64,000 nt of DNA from Diadema antillarum (lineage: Eukaryota): NCBI RefSeq assembly GCF_040938485.1, contig NW_027272312.1:62001-126000 (forward strand), read 5' to 3'. The notes under the pieces are model-generated. The model saw nothing but the letters and a program-made list of their open reading frames with translations, had not been told where the DNA came from and ran no database searches. Below are positions 38,723 to 50,022 of this stretch, in pieces. Position numbers and translations under genes: made by a program. Positions within the stretch are counted from its first letter, which is position 1; every line of letters starts with the position of its first letter.

Positions 38723-39863
38723 TATATTGCCAAGACTCACCAACACTTTAACCCCTTTCATGCCTAGCATATTTTACCCTAGATCTCTGGGAACTCCGGG
38801 ATGACATTGAAGTGGGAAAGATCTCCTGGGTAAACTCCCGGGTGAAAGGTTGAAAGTCAGCATAGTGTACCAAAAACATCGTAGGAGCTGTTTTGCACAT
38901 GCGCCTTGATATGTACAGTTGTAGGTCCCTACTTTCACTGCAGAAGAACTGACGAGAGAACTTCAATCCCGAGCTCATTCACTAGTTTTGAAGATGATCT
39001 CCGAGTGACTAGTGTGAAGGGGGTACAGGTCTTGTCATGTCCAGGGAGAGAATACAAACCTCCCTGCTGTAGGAATGATTTTTACCTATATGTACAATAA
39101 CTAGTACATTGTAGTTCTAAAGTTGCTTTGGAAGACAAAAGTGTCTCCCGTATTGCTCTTTGGAACCTCAATGTGTGAATATTGGTAGATGTGCTTTGTG
39201 TATGTCTTGTTATGGCGGTCTTTATGGTTTCTTTGCACTGGATAAAGGTGGTTTGTTAAGGAGGAAATATAGAACTAGCCGAGTGAACTAGCTGCTGTGA
39301 TATCCACACAGTTCTCTTTGTCATTTAACCACATCAGCCGAAAGCTCTTGTCTGTGATACGTCATCCATGAAATTGGCATACATTAAACAGATGAGTCGA
39401 GAATGTGTTTACGAAATACCTCTGTGTGGGCGATCAAAAGGGATCAAATAATCAGGAAAGGTATGAAAGTGAGCCAAATTGTTTCATATTTGTATTATCA
39501 CAATGGCCTGATCCATACCAGTGGTGATGACACACTTCATTAACCCCAGTAAAGAGTTTTGTGTCCTATATCAATTCAGAGCCATTGTTTACTTGTAAGT
39601 TGTGCATATTTGAAGGAAATGAGAATAGAATGGAATGGAGACATTTTGTAGAATTTGCATAATTTTGAATACCTATATTGTTTTTCTTTCTTCTTTGTCT
39701 ACATTATCAATATCATGATAATAACCTCTGATTTTAAATGCGGCTGTTAATAAGGTACTTGTATGGTGTAGGGAGGTGCTACCATGCAGTGTCAATGGGT
39801 AAAAGGTATGCAGACCTGGGATTTGAGAGGGTGTGGGTGGATGGCGTGATGATTGTCACCATC

Positions 39864-40972
39864 TTCATTGTCCCCGCCGAACGAGTTCGAGCAGGGGACT
39901 ATGAAACGGGCTCCGTACGTGTGTGTGTCCGTCCGTGTGTCCGTCCGTCCGTCCGTGTGTCCGTCCGTGTGTGCGTCCGTGTGTGATCAAAATCTTCAAG
40001 TTGCTACTTCTCTGTCATTTATGAGCCAATTTTGATTCTGTTTGCTTTATATGATAGCACTACATGGGAGCTTTGAAACTTCTACACAGAATTTCAGTCG
40101 TGACCTTTGACCTTGACCTTTGACCTATATTGTACATTTTGCTACAAAATGCTACTCCTTCGCCATTTCTAACCCGATTTCGATTCCGTTTGCTTTATGT
40201 GATGGCACTAGGTGAGGGCTTCAAAACTTCTACACAGAATTTTGACCTTTGACTTCTTTGACCTTTGACCTTGATTTTTTACCTGTATTGTACATTTTGC
40301 TACAAAATGCTACTCCTTCGCCATTTCTAACCCGATTTCAATTCCGTTTGCTTTATGTGATGGCACTAGGTGAGGGCTTCAAAACTTCTACACAGAATTT
40401 TGACCTTTGACTTCTTTGACCTTTGACCTTGATTTTTTGACCTATATTATACATTTTGCTACAAAATGCTACTCCTTCGCCATTTCTAACCGGATTTCGA
40501 TTCCGTTTGCTTTATGTGATGGCACTAGGTGAGGGCTTCAACACTTCTACACAGAATTTTGACCTTTGACTTCTTTGACCTTTGACCTTGATTTTTTGAC
40601 CTGTATTGTACATTTTGCTACAAAATGCTACTCCTTCGCCATTTCCAACCCGATTTCGATTCCGTTTGCTTTATGTGATGGCACTAGGTGAGGGCTTCAA
40701 CACTTCTACACAGAATTTTGACCTTTGACTTCTTTGACCTTTGACCTTGATTTTTTACCTATATTGTACATTGGCTACAAAATGCTACTCCTTCGCCATT
40801 TCTAACCGGATTTCGATTCCGTTTGCTTTATGTGATGGCACTAGGTGAGGGCTTCAAAACTTCTACACAGAATGTTGACCTTTGACCTTGATCTTTTGAC
40901 CTATATAGTACATTTTGATACTAAATGCTACTTCCGGCGGGGACATATTTTACGCACCGCGTAATTTCTACT
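39864..40972 (+). mobile_element. Non-autonomous Helentron (HINE/DINE-1/pearl-like) with internal tandem array
   Basis: Subterminal inverted repeat TGTCCCCGCCG (39869-39879) / CGGCGGGGACA (40935-40945); (GTCC/GTGT)n microsatellite at about 39918-39986; six core repeats of about 158 bp; 3' hairpin TTACGC-ACC-GCGTAA (40950-40964) followed by a T-rich end. Confidence 0.8.
39993..40930. repeat. Tandem array of about 158-bp units
   Basis: GCTACAAAATGCTACTCC recurs at 40141, 40299, 40458, 40617 and 40774; a diverged unit precedes these and a truncated unit starts near 40918. Confidence 0.95.
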
Positions 40973-41301
40973 TTTCCTTGTATTGAAGATTAACAATGTA
41001 TTAAAAGTCAGTTAACTGTCGATCAAAGTGGATCATATGTATACATGCAAGTTTCTATGGCTAGCTAGCATTTGTAGCAAGCAGATTTTATCTACACATA
41101 CACTGTAGTCCGTGTGTAGCGAGTGGAACCAGCTAGGAGCAGCTGAGTCAAGAGACAAACTCCGATTGAGATTATATCAACCATTTTTGACACACTCACC
41201 TTTCGAATCACTTTTATTCAGACATTTGGAACATGGCTAATGCAATATGCGTAGGTCCATGCAACAGCACTGTCTTGAATGATTTATCCATGTACCTTTA
41301 A

Positions 41302-41386
41302 CCCATCGAAGACGGGCTGATTTTGCTACAACAGACATTTCCCGTAGACACCTGCCTGAGTATACTTTGGACTCTTCCTCAATGGG
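41302..41386 (-). mobile_element. piggyBac-like MITE, copy 3 (inverted)
   Basis: TTAA|CCCATC...AATGGG|TTAA; contains ATTTTGCTACAACA, the reverse complement of the family core. Confidence 0.75.
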
Positions 41387-42429
41387 TTAAGATGGTGGTC
41401 CTGAGAGGTTTGAAGGCAGGCTCAGGGTGTATTTATTATCATTATTATATGGGCACATGAGATTTCACATTCATGTATCACAACCTTGACAGAAATAAAT
41501 GTGACTACCAATATGCTGTACTCCTGGGAGAGGCTTTTCTCTGAGGTATAAATTCACAGAAGGCATTGTATTTATGATACAATATACAATACGGCAGTCA
41601 GAGACCGTAAAGATTGATTGTTTAGTGGGTGGCCAAGTCATTGTCTATAATCACTTCACAGACTTTGAGGGATGTACTGTATAGATGGGGGATAGGAATA
41701 GAAAACCCATTTATAATATGGGATGTGTTCTGTCATTTCTCTGGATGTCTGTATTATAATGTAGTGAGGTGTGCCCTGTGCTCACTTCCATGCATTGCCA
41801 GTGTTTAAAAGAACCTGAATGGTGTTCGCTTTTATGGCATGGAACATGAATGTTGTTCCAGTCTATTTTGGGAATGTAAAATAAACAGCCAAACAGTTTG
41901 AGATCCCTGCTATACTGCGAAAAGAGGGACGAATAAGCTCACGAATGTGATTTATAAGCAAGCACCCTGTCAAATAGACAGTGAAGTCATGTGAGGAAGT
42001 GTGGTAGACTATAATAGAGAGAAAAAAACTCATAGAGCATGTCTAGTATCTTAGTAAGACTATGTCCGGGGGCTGTTATGGCTGTAAGTTGATACTGGCT
42101 TCAGACATATGCTATCATAGTTTATAAAATGCAATATTAGATGGCTTAGACAGTTTCTGGTATGTGATTGGTCGAGAGCTCATCACGTGATGCTGTTTGC
42201 GAGGATCGCAAATGTTATATTTTCCCAGCTCGTTATATTGACCAACTGGTCAACTGAATATATTTTTTTCCATGTGTGTCGCCCTCTTACGGTGGAAAAA
42301 CAAATAATTACACCAATATAAGGGTGTGGGACCACGTCGGTAACTGAGAGGAGCAAACGATTACTATCGATAACTACAGTCTGGATCGATATAATCTGTT
42401 CCCACTCACCCCCCCCCCCCCCCACACAC

Positions 42430-43750
42430 ACACACACACACACGATACGTGAGAGAGTAGACGGCACGGCGCGGCGCGGAGTAGCGTCATGCGCTAGGCC
42501 TGCCTGGATGGAATTCGGGAAGCTAAACGTTACGTACAGGTACTAGGTGTGTACATAGTAGGCTACCCAATGTACGTGTGCACGTATCGGCCCGCGAAGT
42601 TTGGAACCCGTTTTGTCTATAAAGTTAATAAACGACGACGAGCTCGATAAGATTTGGAGGATAAGGATTCTAACTCCACTAAACATGGCCTAAAACAAGC
42701 GAGTGAATAGTCCAGAGACATTTTGTTCAGTTCAGTTCCTAGAACGAGGGCAATTCATGCGTCTTTGTATTGACGTAACTCAACGAAGAGTTAGACTAAC
42801 GTTAGATCCAGGCCTAACGTTACATCGAACAAAGCATAAGTGGAGGACTATATAGTACTAACTGTTTAGTATCACGACATCGAGCAGACTGGTTTGCAAA
42901 TCACTGTGTTTCTACAATGTTCATCTCTGCAACAGAGGGGAAAAAAGACTGATTTTGAAATTGCTGCAGATTCCTGATGACAGAAGGTAGGCCTACGTCT
43001 AGATACCGGTCCTGGCACAAGACAAATTGATTGAAAATCACAGGGTAGGGCCTAACGTTTTCCCGAAAACGTTAGAAAAAAGATGATGCACTGGACTGGG
43101 GAGCCAATTTGGACGCATGTGATGTAACGTTAGGCCCTTCTAACGTTAGACACTAACTGTAACGTTAGCCTTAACGTTAGCCTTAACGTTAACGTTAACA
43201 GTTAACCTAGTCACGTAGAGAGTTTTAGACGCTAACATAGACTTAGGCCTACGTAACGACAAATAACGTTAGACCGTGATATTCTTACGTTTATAGAACT
43301 CCTTAACGTTAGATCTAAATTAGGACTAACAACGAACGTTAATAGAGTCTATCTAGTAGGCCCTGTAACATTTAACATACATAATTAGAATCTAGGTAGA
43401 GTCTGGGTTTCTAGGTTCTAACGTAATCTAATAGGGCCTACCTGTGTAGTAGAAACAAAATGTCAAATGATAAAAATTGCCCAGTAGGCCATAACGTTTA
43501 AGGCCTAAAGTTAGATTTGTTTTGTAAGTAGACCCTAAAACATCTGCTGATCTTTTGGACCTGAGCCTAATTTAACTATAGGACCAAAACGTTAGAAGGG
43601 CCTACTGTCGTTAGAGGACTGAGCCTAGCAACTACACAGTCCAGTCGCCGCTGTACAACTACAAAATCGCGACAGCGCGCACACAGCGTGTGGTCGGGCT
43701 AACATGAGCGTATAAACGGTTTAGGCTACAATGTATACGTCGTTAGTGTA
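42430..43750 (+). promoter_or_regulatory. CpG island with alternative first exon (proximal TTC28 promoter candidate)
   Basis: Abrupt CpG-rich block within a CpG-poor intron; donor GAAG|GTAGGC at 42986/42987, about 3.7 kb upstream of the TPR exon. Confidence 0.55.
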
Positions 43751-43794
43751 GGCTCTCCTGTAAAGCATAATCAAGGGCAAGGCCATCTAATATA

Positions 43795-43946
43795 ACAGAT
43801 ATCGACTGGTAGGGGGTGGAATGTAACAATCTTTGGAACGCCAGGGAGTTATATTTTCCCTCGTGATCATATTTTCCCTTGGGAAAATATAACTCCTTGG
43901 CGGTCCAAAGAATGTTATATTCCACCCCGTACCAGTCAATATCTGT
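43795..43946. mobile_element. Palindromic (hairpin) element, possibly Crypton-derived
   Basis: 66-bp arms (43795-43860 and 43881-43946) match at 60/66 around a 20-nt loop; no obvious TSD. Confidence 0.65.
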
Positions 43947-46651
43947 ATAATATGGATTTTTAGATTTGTTTACAACTTATAAAGTTCTAGACTCCATGTG
44001 GTACGGATTGTTCTTTGTAATTCATCGTGCTAGCGCCAAAACAAGCCACAATATTATATTTCAAAGACATGGAGAGATTGTGATCCTTTCTTCCATAAGA
44101 GCTTTCTTTGTCATTTATTCCAATGAAGGAAGCAAGTGCTCTGTGATTTATCTGTCATGGATTTTTACAATGGGTTAGTGAGCAGTAATTATAAGAAACA
44201 GCTTGTTTCTCTTAATGATTTTTCAATGTATTAATAACTTTGCATTATTTGTATGCAGGGAATATGATCAAAGATTCCTTGGTCCAATTTCATTAGATAA
44301 AAAAGAAGAAGAAAATGAAGCAGGAATTTGTGAATCAAGAAAAGTACTCCTGTTCTTTAAAAATGTAGATATTACTACAGTGGTGGTTGCAAGATGGGGG
44401 TGGGGGGGGGGGGGGGGAGGGAAAGGGAGTGATAGAGGGGTTAGTGTGAAGATGAGGGCGGGGAGGTGATGGGACAGAATGGAATGGAGGGTTTGTGTTG
44501 GAGTACAACAATACATCATTGTTGTCAGTCGACGGACAAAATGTAAGTAATCAATACTTCACATGTCAATCCCTGTGCACAAAATGCTGCTGTCATAGTG
44601 CCTGTAAATACTCCCAGTTTGGAAGGGGGGGGGGGGGGGGGAGTGGGGGGAAGAAAAGATAAAATCTTCTAAGATCCTGATATCAGATATTTTTTCCCCC
44701 AATTAGGGGAAATCCCATGTGCAGTTTATGATCATATAAAGATGTGTTGCAATTTCAACAAAATCAGTTTGGGAGAATATTCTATGAATGCAACCCCAAG
44801 CTATACAGTGAGTGTTTTCAAGGCACATCTTTTGACACAGCGTATGCTTTCAAACATGACCCCAAAATGTGTCGTTGGACAAAGGCCAATGCATTCTGTT
44901 GTACTCATTTATAATACGTGCAGTTGAATGATTTGTTAATGTATTCATTTCATAAACACACCTTTATAAGAGACTGTCCCTGCCAACCTGGAAGCTTGCC
45001 TGACACAGCTACAAGTCGTGTACATGCAAACATGATTCCACATTTTGAAATACATTGAGTATGACCAGATGGATAGAATGCAGCTTGTTATTAGGACCTT
45101 GAGGAAAATATCCTTAAATGTATGCTTTAGAACTATTGCAAACTATGTACAAACATGATTCCGAGTACTAAAGTGCTTTTCGTATGAGCAGGTGGATGGA
45201 ACACCTTGCTCATAGGCCTTTGGAGGAAAAATGTCCTGAATTGGAAATACTCTGGCCTATTTCCCTAATTTTGAGGTAATCCCTGCTGGACCATAATTCA
45301 AAAGCAAATGTCTGTGAGTTAAATCTTTGCAAAGATCATTTATTCTTTGCTTTTAGGGGAGCATTCACAACTTACATGTTGTAGATAGTTCTGAGAGGTT
45401 TCTGACTCTAAAAACATTTTTCTGTTTTCTTTCTGTGAAAATGATGACCCAAATTCCAGACTTTCCCCTGTCATTTAGAAAGGCATTTTAAAGTGTAAAG
45501 TAGGTTGGAACTGTGAGTTACAAAAGTATGTATAGAAATAGATGGAGCAGCTGATAGTAAAGATAATTTCATAATGGGCTTGACAGAAATAAAATGCATT
45601 AACAATCCTGACGTTCAGAAAGAGAGAGAGAAAAATCAGCAATTGAGTTTGACACTTCTAGATGCCTGCGTGTTTTTGGCCTACTTCTGTCATTTCCAGA
45701 AATGGCCTGGGGTGTACACCATGAGGACGTGTTGCCTTCGTAATAATGGTGTGTAATGTGGTGTGATATGTATCGCCTTTTCTAATTGACAGTTTATCTG
45801 TGTGATAGGGGATCAACTTGCACTGTGACACTCTAATCTCTTTGTTGAGACTTGTGATAATTGACAGCGAGAATACAAGGTCAAATCAATTGTTGATGTA
45901 AGAACCCTAAAGAGGAATATTTCCCCCTCTCTTTTCTTTCTTTCTTTCTGTTTTTGTCCTTAACTTGAACAACACCTGTTTTTTTTTATCCCCTTGCTCC
46001 TGCCTGATTGGGGCCTTTGAAGGGCATCTGGGATGAATGTTGTTTTTGTTATTATTTTTTTTTCTACATTTCAACAATGTGTGAACTGAGATGAAAATAT
46101 CGATGCCATGGATGGACGGAGCAGAGAAGTTGTTGAAATGAAGAGATGTGTAGTGAGGGAGCCCCAGGTGGCATGCATTGCACAGTGTGGCTCGTTGTCA
46201 GTCATCTCGACAGTGATTTTTTTTTTCCCTTTTAAATGACAGGAATATTCTGAGATCACCGAAATAATGGTGTCTCAATAGATAAAAATGCAGCTTTTGA
46301 TCTTGTTCGTTCATTTTCAGTTGTATTAGATTCTTTCTTGAATATGATGATTTTTCTCTTCATCGTTCGGATTGCCTGAGGACAGTATATTAATCACTTT
46401 TCTGTGTTTCTGGGTGCTATGAAAGTTGTCCCATTATTCAAATGAGCATTAGATATTAATGTTTACATTAGATTTTAGTTCCCAAGGGCAAGTGGATTTG
46501 TGGAAAACTTGCCCCATATGCAGTAGATGGCAGAGATGTTTAGACTCTTCATGCATTGCATGGTCATTGAGAGTAGTTGTACTTTCATGGATGGTATTTG
46601 AAGTATTAGTGATAGGTGATTAAATGTTTCCAATATTTGTCTACCCTACAG

Positions 46652-47092
46652 AAGAAGTCCTCTTCTAGCGATGTGCAAGATGACACCAGCACAACCAGCC
46701 GAGAGTCCATAAACAGCTCCAACAGCAACAGTAACGTCAGCTTACCGGGCATTGCGGCCGCCTCGTCCACAGGGGCAGGGGCAGCTGCGAGGCCAAGTGT
46801 CCACTCGATGCCCGTGGACTCCTCGTCTTCGACATCGTCGCGCCAAGCCCAGAACCTGCCCATGTCAGACAAGAGGGCGCTGTTCCAAGAGAAGGTGCGT
46901 CAGAGCAACGAGGCCTGCCAGAATGCCGACTTCCCGCGCGCCATCCGCCTCTACACCGAGGCGCTGGACCTGGACCCGGCGAACCACATACTGTACAGCA
47001 ACCGCTCGGCCGCTCACGTGAAGCTGAAGGACTACGAGAGGGCACTGACGGACGCGATCAAGGCACGGGAGTTGAACCCAAAATGGGCAAAG
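46652..47092 (+). CDS. TTC28: Tetratricopeptide repeat protein 28, exon with Ser-rich linker and N-terminal TPRs
   Basis: Encodes ...FQEKVRQSNEACQNADFPRAIRLYTEALDLDPANHILYSNRSAAHVKLKDYERALTDAIKARELNPKWAK, closely matching the TTC28 N-terminus as I recall it (EKVRQSN-AC...ILYSNRSAA...DAIKAR-LNPKW-K). Acceptor CCCTACAG at 46651, donor AAG|GTATGT at 47093; 441 nt, phase 0/0; GC-rich codon usage. Confidence 0.92.
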
Positions 47093-48767
47093 GTATGTTT
47101 TGCATTGAGATACATGGATAGAAATGAATGACTGGGAAGTCATAATAATGATTTGATGTGACTGGTGGTCAAACATGTGCTGAGAGTGCTGCAGTTGTGT
47201 TATCTTTACTCTGCTAAAAGCTGATAATCATATTTTGAAATAGAAGTGTCAGGTGATTGACTCGGAGCACAGATGTGACATATGACTGTGGTTTGTGAAC
47301 ATCGTTTAGTAGTCAACTGACAAGTGGCCTACTAGATGTGTGGATTGTGTCCTTTGCTTCTTGTGCACTTTTATTTAGATGCGTATATTTTTGTGTTTTC
47401 GAGCTGTAGTTAAGATTTGCCCAAGGGGCAATAGACTTTGAGCCAGCATAGAGTTTGGAATGGGTTGTGTTACGAAGGATCGTGCTTTGAAGAGACTTTG
47501 AAAAGTTTTGACCTTTCACACAACTTCCTCATTTCATGTGCTGTCACTGATGCACTTTTGCCCTGTAACTGAAAACTTCTGACGACATTGTAACGTGATG
47601 TGCAAACGCTGGGAGGATTGCTTGCCAATCGTTCCATCACAGTAGAATGACAATCTGTGTATGGCATCTGCAGTAAAAAGATTGAACATCAGTGATGAGA
47701 TTGGTTCTTCAGCTTTTACAGAATTGTTGGTCTTGATTACCTTATGTAGAAAAACTGAAATGTCCTACTACTTTAATATCATGGGATGAGTTTTACTCAC
47801 TAGAATTGTACTTGCGCTATTCCTGTTGCATTGAATCGTAGATTCTGTGTCCAATATATTCTATTTATAGAGTGATGACATAAAATTGGCCTTTGAAAGA
47901 TATGCCCAGAAATTTGAACATGATAACATTGCAGGATGTGAATTGAGTGCAAATTCAGCATAAGAAAAAGTCACTTGTTTTTCTTGCCCCTCATGGAAAA
48001 ACATAAAAATGAAGTGTGAAGACTTTTATGTTTGCCAGAATTTGTCATCAGAGTCTATCGTATTTGCATATTCTCTATAGAATAATGCGCTCTCAAGGAG
48101 TACATGTACATTATTCAGTGACCTTGACTATTAAAGTGGGGATCGTCGTTTTAGTGACAGTGTATCCATGGCATTCTCACGCATGCTTCAGTGCAGTTTG
48201 GTGATGAAATAGAGAGAGAAAAAAATGAAATAAAACAACAAGGGTATCGGCACTCCTTTGTTAATCTAAGAGGTGGCGTAATGCAGTTTGAGCTATTTTG
48301 CCAAGTGCCAAGTTTCCAGCAATCAGAGTAAATAAATGCGGACAGACTCTTGCTGTGAACTTGAGGCTGGGGGGAACCAGCGTCACTAAAGGGTGTGACA
48401 CTCCCGGCCGCGTTTTTGACAAGCAGCCAGTAGCAGCATTCCCAAAATTCCTGTGGCAGTACGCTTTATTCAGCCCAAGATTGATCCGGATCTGTGGACC
48501 TTCTACAGTTGTCGTGCCATGAATATCAAGTGACATCTTTTTGTTGTGCTTTCAACTGTTTTTTGTTGTATTTTTAGGAATTCCATCCGTAAGAAGTGGA
48601 AATATAAGTCTATAGAAATATGCACTTTTCTCAATTGCCCTAATCGTTGCAGGGGAAGTGTTTTCTGAATTTCCAGATTTGCTACAGTTATACTAAATGT
48701 GATTGTCAAAACCAACTCTTCATTTGTCCGTAACCAAGCACACATTCCATCATGTTAAAGACAGGAT

Positions 48768-48828
<61 letters not shown>

Positions 48829-48830
48829 TA
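48768..48830. repeat. (GA)n microsatellite
   Basis: Long GA run. Confidence 0.9.
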
Positions 48831-49975
48831 AGAAGAGCTAAAAAGGGAAGAAAAAAAGAGATAAAAAGGGAAGAAAAGTTAAAAGAGCTAATACTCTGCA
48901 TTCCCATACTCATAGTATGTTTTTATGAGATGACGCAGAGAAAACAGTTTCTCTACGACAGAGTTTTGCCTCAAGCAAAAAGAAAAAGAAAAAGAAAAAC
49001 CTTGTGAGGATCGAGATAGAGAAGATTGTTTGCAATGGTTACCGTGGTAATGACCCTTGTTCTACCGGCGGACAACCCATACCTGAATGAAGACCTGTGT
49101 GCTTCAGAGCTCTCCTCAAACAGTGCGTTGTGGGGAAAGGAGAGGTCATGAAAGGCCAGACATGGTAAACTCGCCTTTTGCCATCTTTATTTTCGAGCAC
49201 CCTTTTGCACCGGAGGCTTGCTGAGGCTTGTACATGTGAGGGGGATCGGGATCTGCTAGGGCATGTTCTATTGCCTTTGATAACAGCTTGTCTCTGGCTT
49301 GAGGTGATAGATCAAATGCTTGTGGGGGAAAATTTATAGAGTTGTGACCAAAGAGCCACATCAGGAGGACTCTTTGTGAGTGTAATAAACTAACTTTTCA
49401 GGCAAACAGTAATGTGGGGGAGAGATTGATAGATGGAAACACCATGGAACCAAAATATATGGATAGACAGATAGATAGATAGACAGATAGATAGATAGGG
49501 AGAGAGGGGGATGGGGAGGGAAGAAAGTGATTGACAAAAAGAGAAGAAAAAGATAGAGGTGTGTGTGTGTGTGTGTGTGTGGGGGGGGGGTGATGATTTA
49601 CTGATACAGTCACACCAGTTAAAAGTTGAGGATTAGCTCATGACAAGAAAAGAGAAAGAGGAGACTTGGAGAGATGATGAGTGAAGGTAAAGCGCTGTGA
49701 ATATTTGGTAGGGGCCTACCTCCTGGCTATGAGACTACAGACGTCTCAAAGATAACCAGTGTGAAGTGTCCCCGTAGGTGGGGTCACGAAGGTTACTTTA
49801 TTGGGATATCTTCTTGGCAGAAACAATTTCAGTTTTTCTTCCTCTCTCTCTCTCTCTTTTTTTTTTTTTTTTTGGTTTGTTATTTTTTTCTGGATCATAT
49901 TGTTCGGGAATATTTTTATAAGCCAGGGAGAGATGGCTGTCAATTGAAGGACTGTATTGGCATCCTCTTCTCTCT

Positions 49976-50022
<47 letters not shown>

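Noticed and set aside
38944-39021. Possible internal TTC28 exon
   Set aside because: The phase-0 reading stops at once (AAG AAC TGA), the donor is weak and there is no homology.
39993-40930. CRISPR-like array
   Set aside because: Units are contiguous with no unique spacers, and the context is a eukaryotic intron.
46090-46170. Short exon before the TPR exon
   Set aside because: Weak acceptor, and the phase-1 donor is incompatible with the phase-0 acceptor at 46652.
46606-47176. Overlapping alternative-frame and antisense ORFs
   Set aside because: Shadows of the GC-rich TTC28 coding exon; the ORF-track limits 46616 and 47131 extend into introns.
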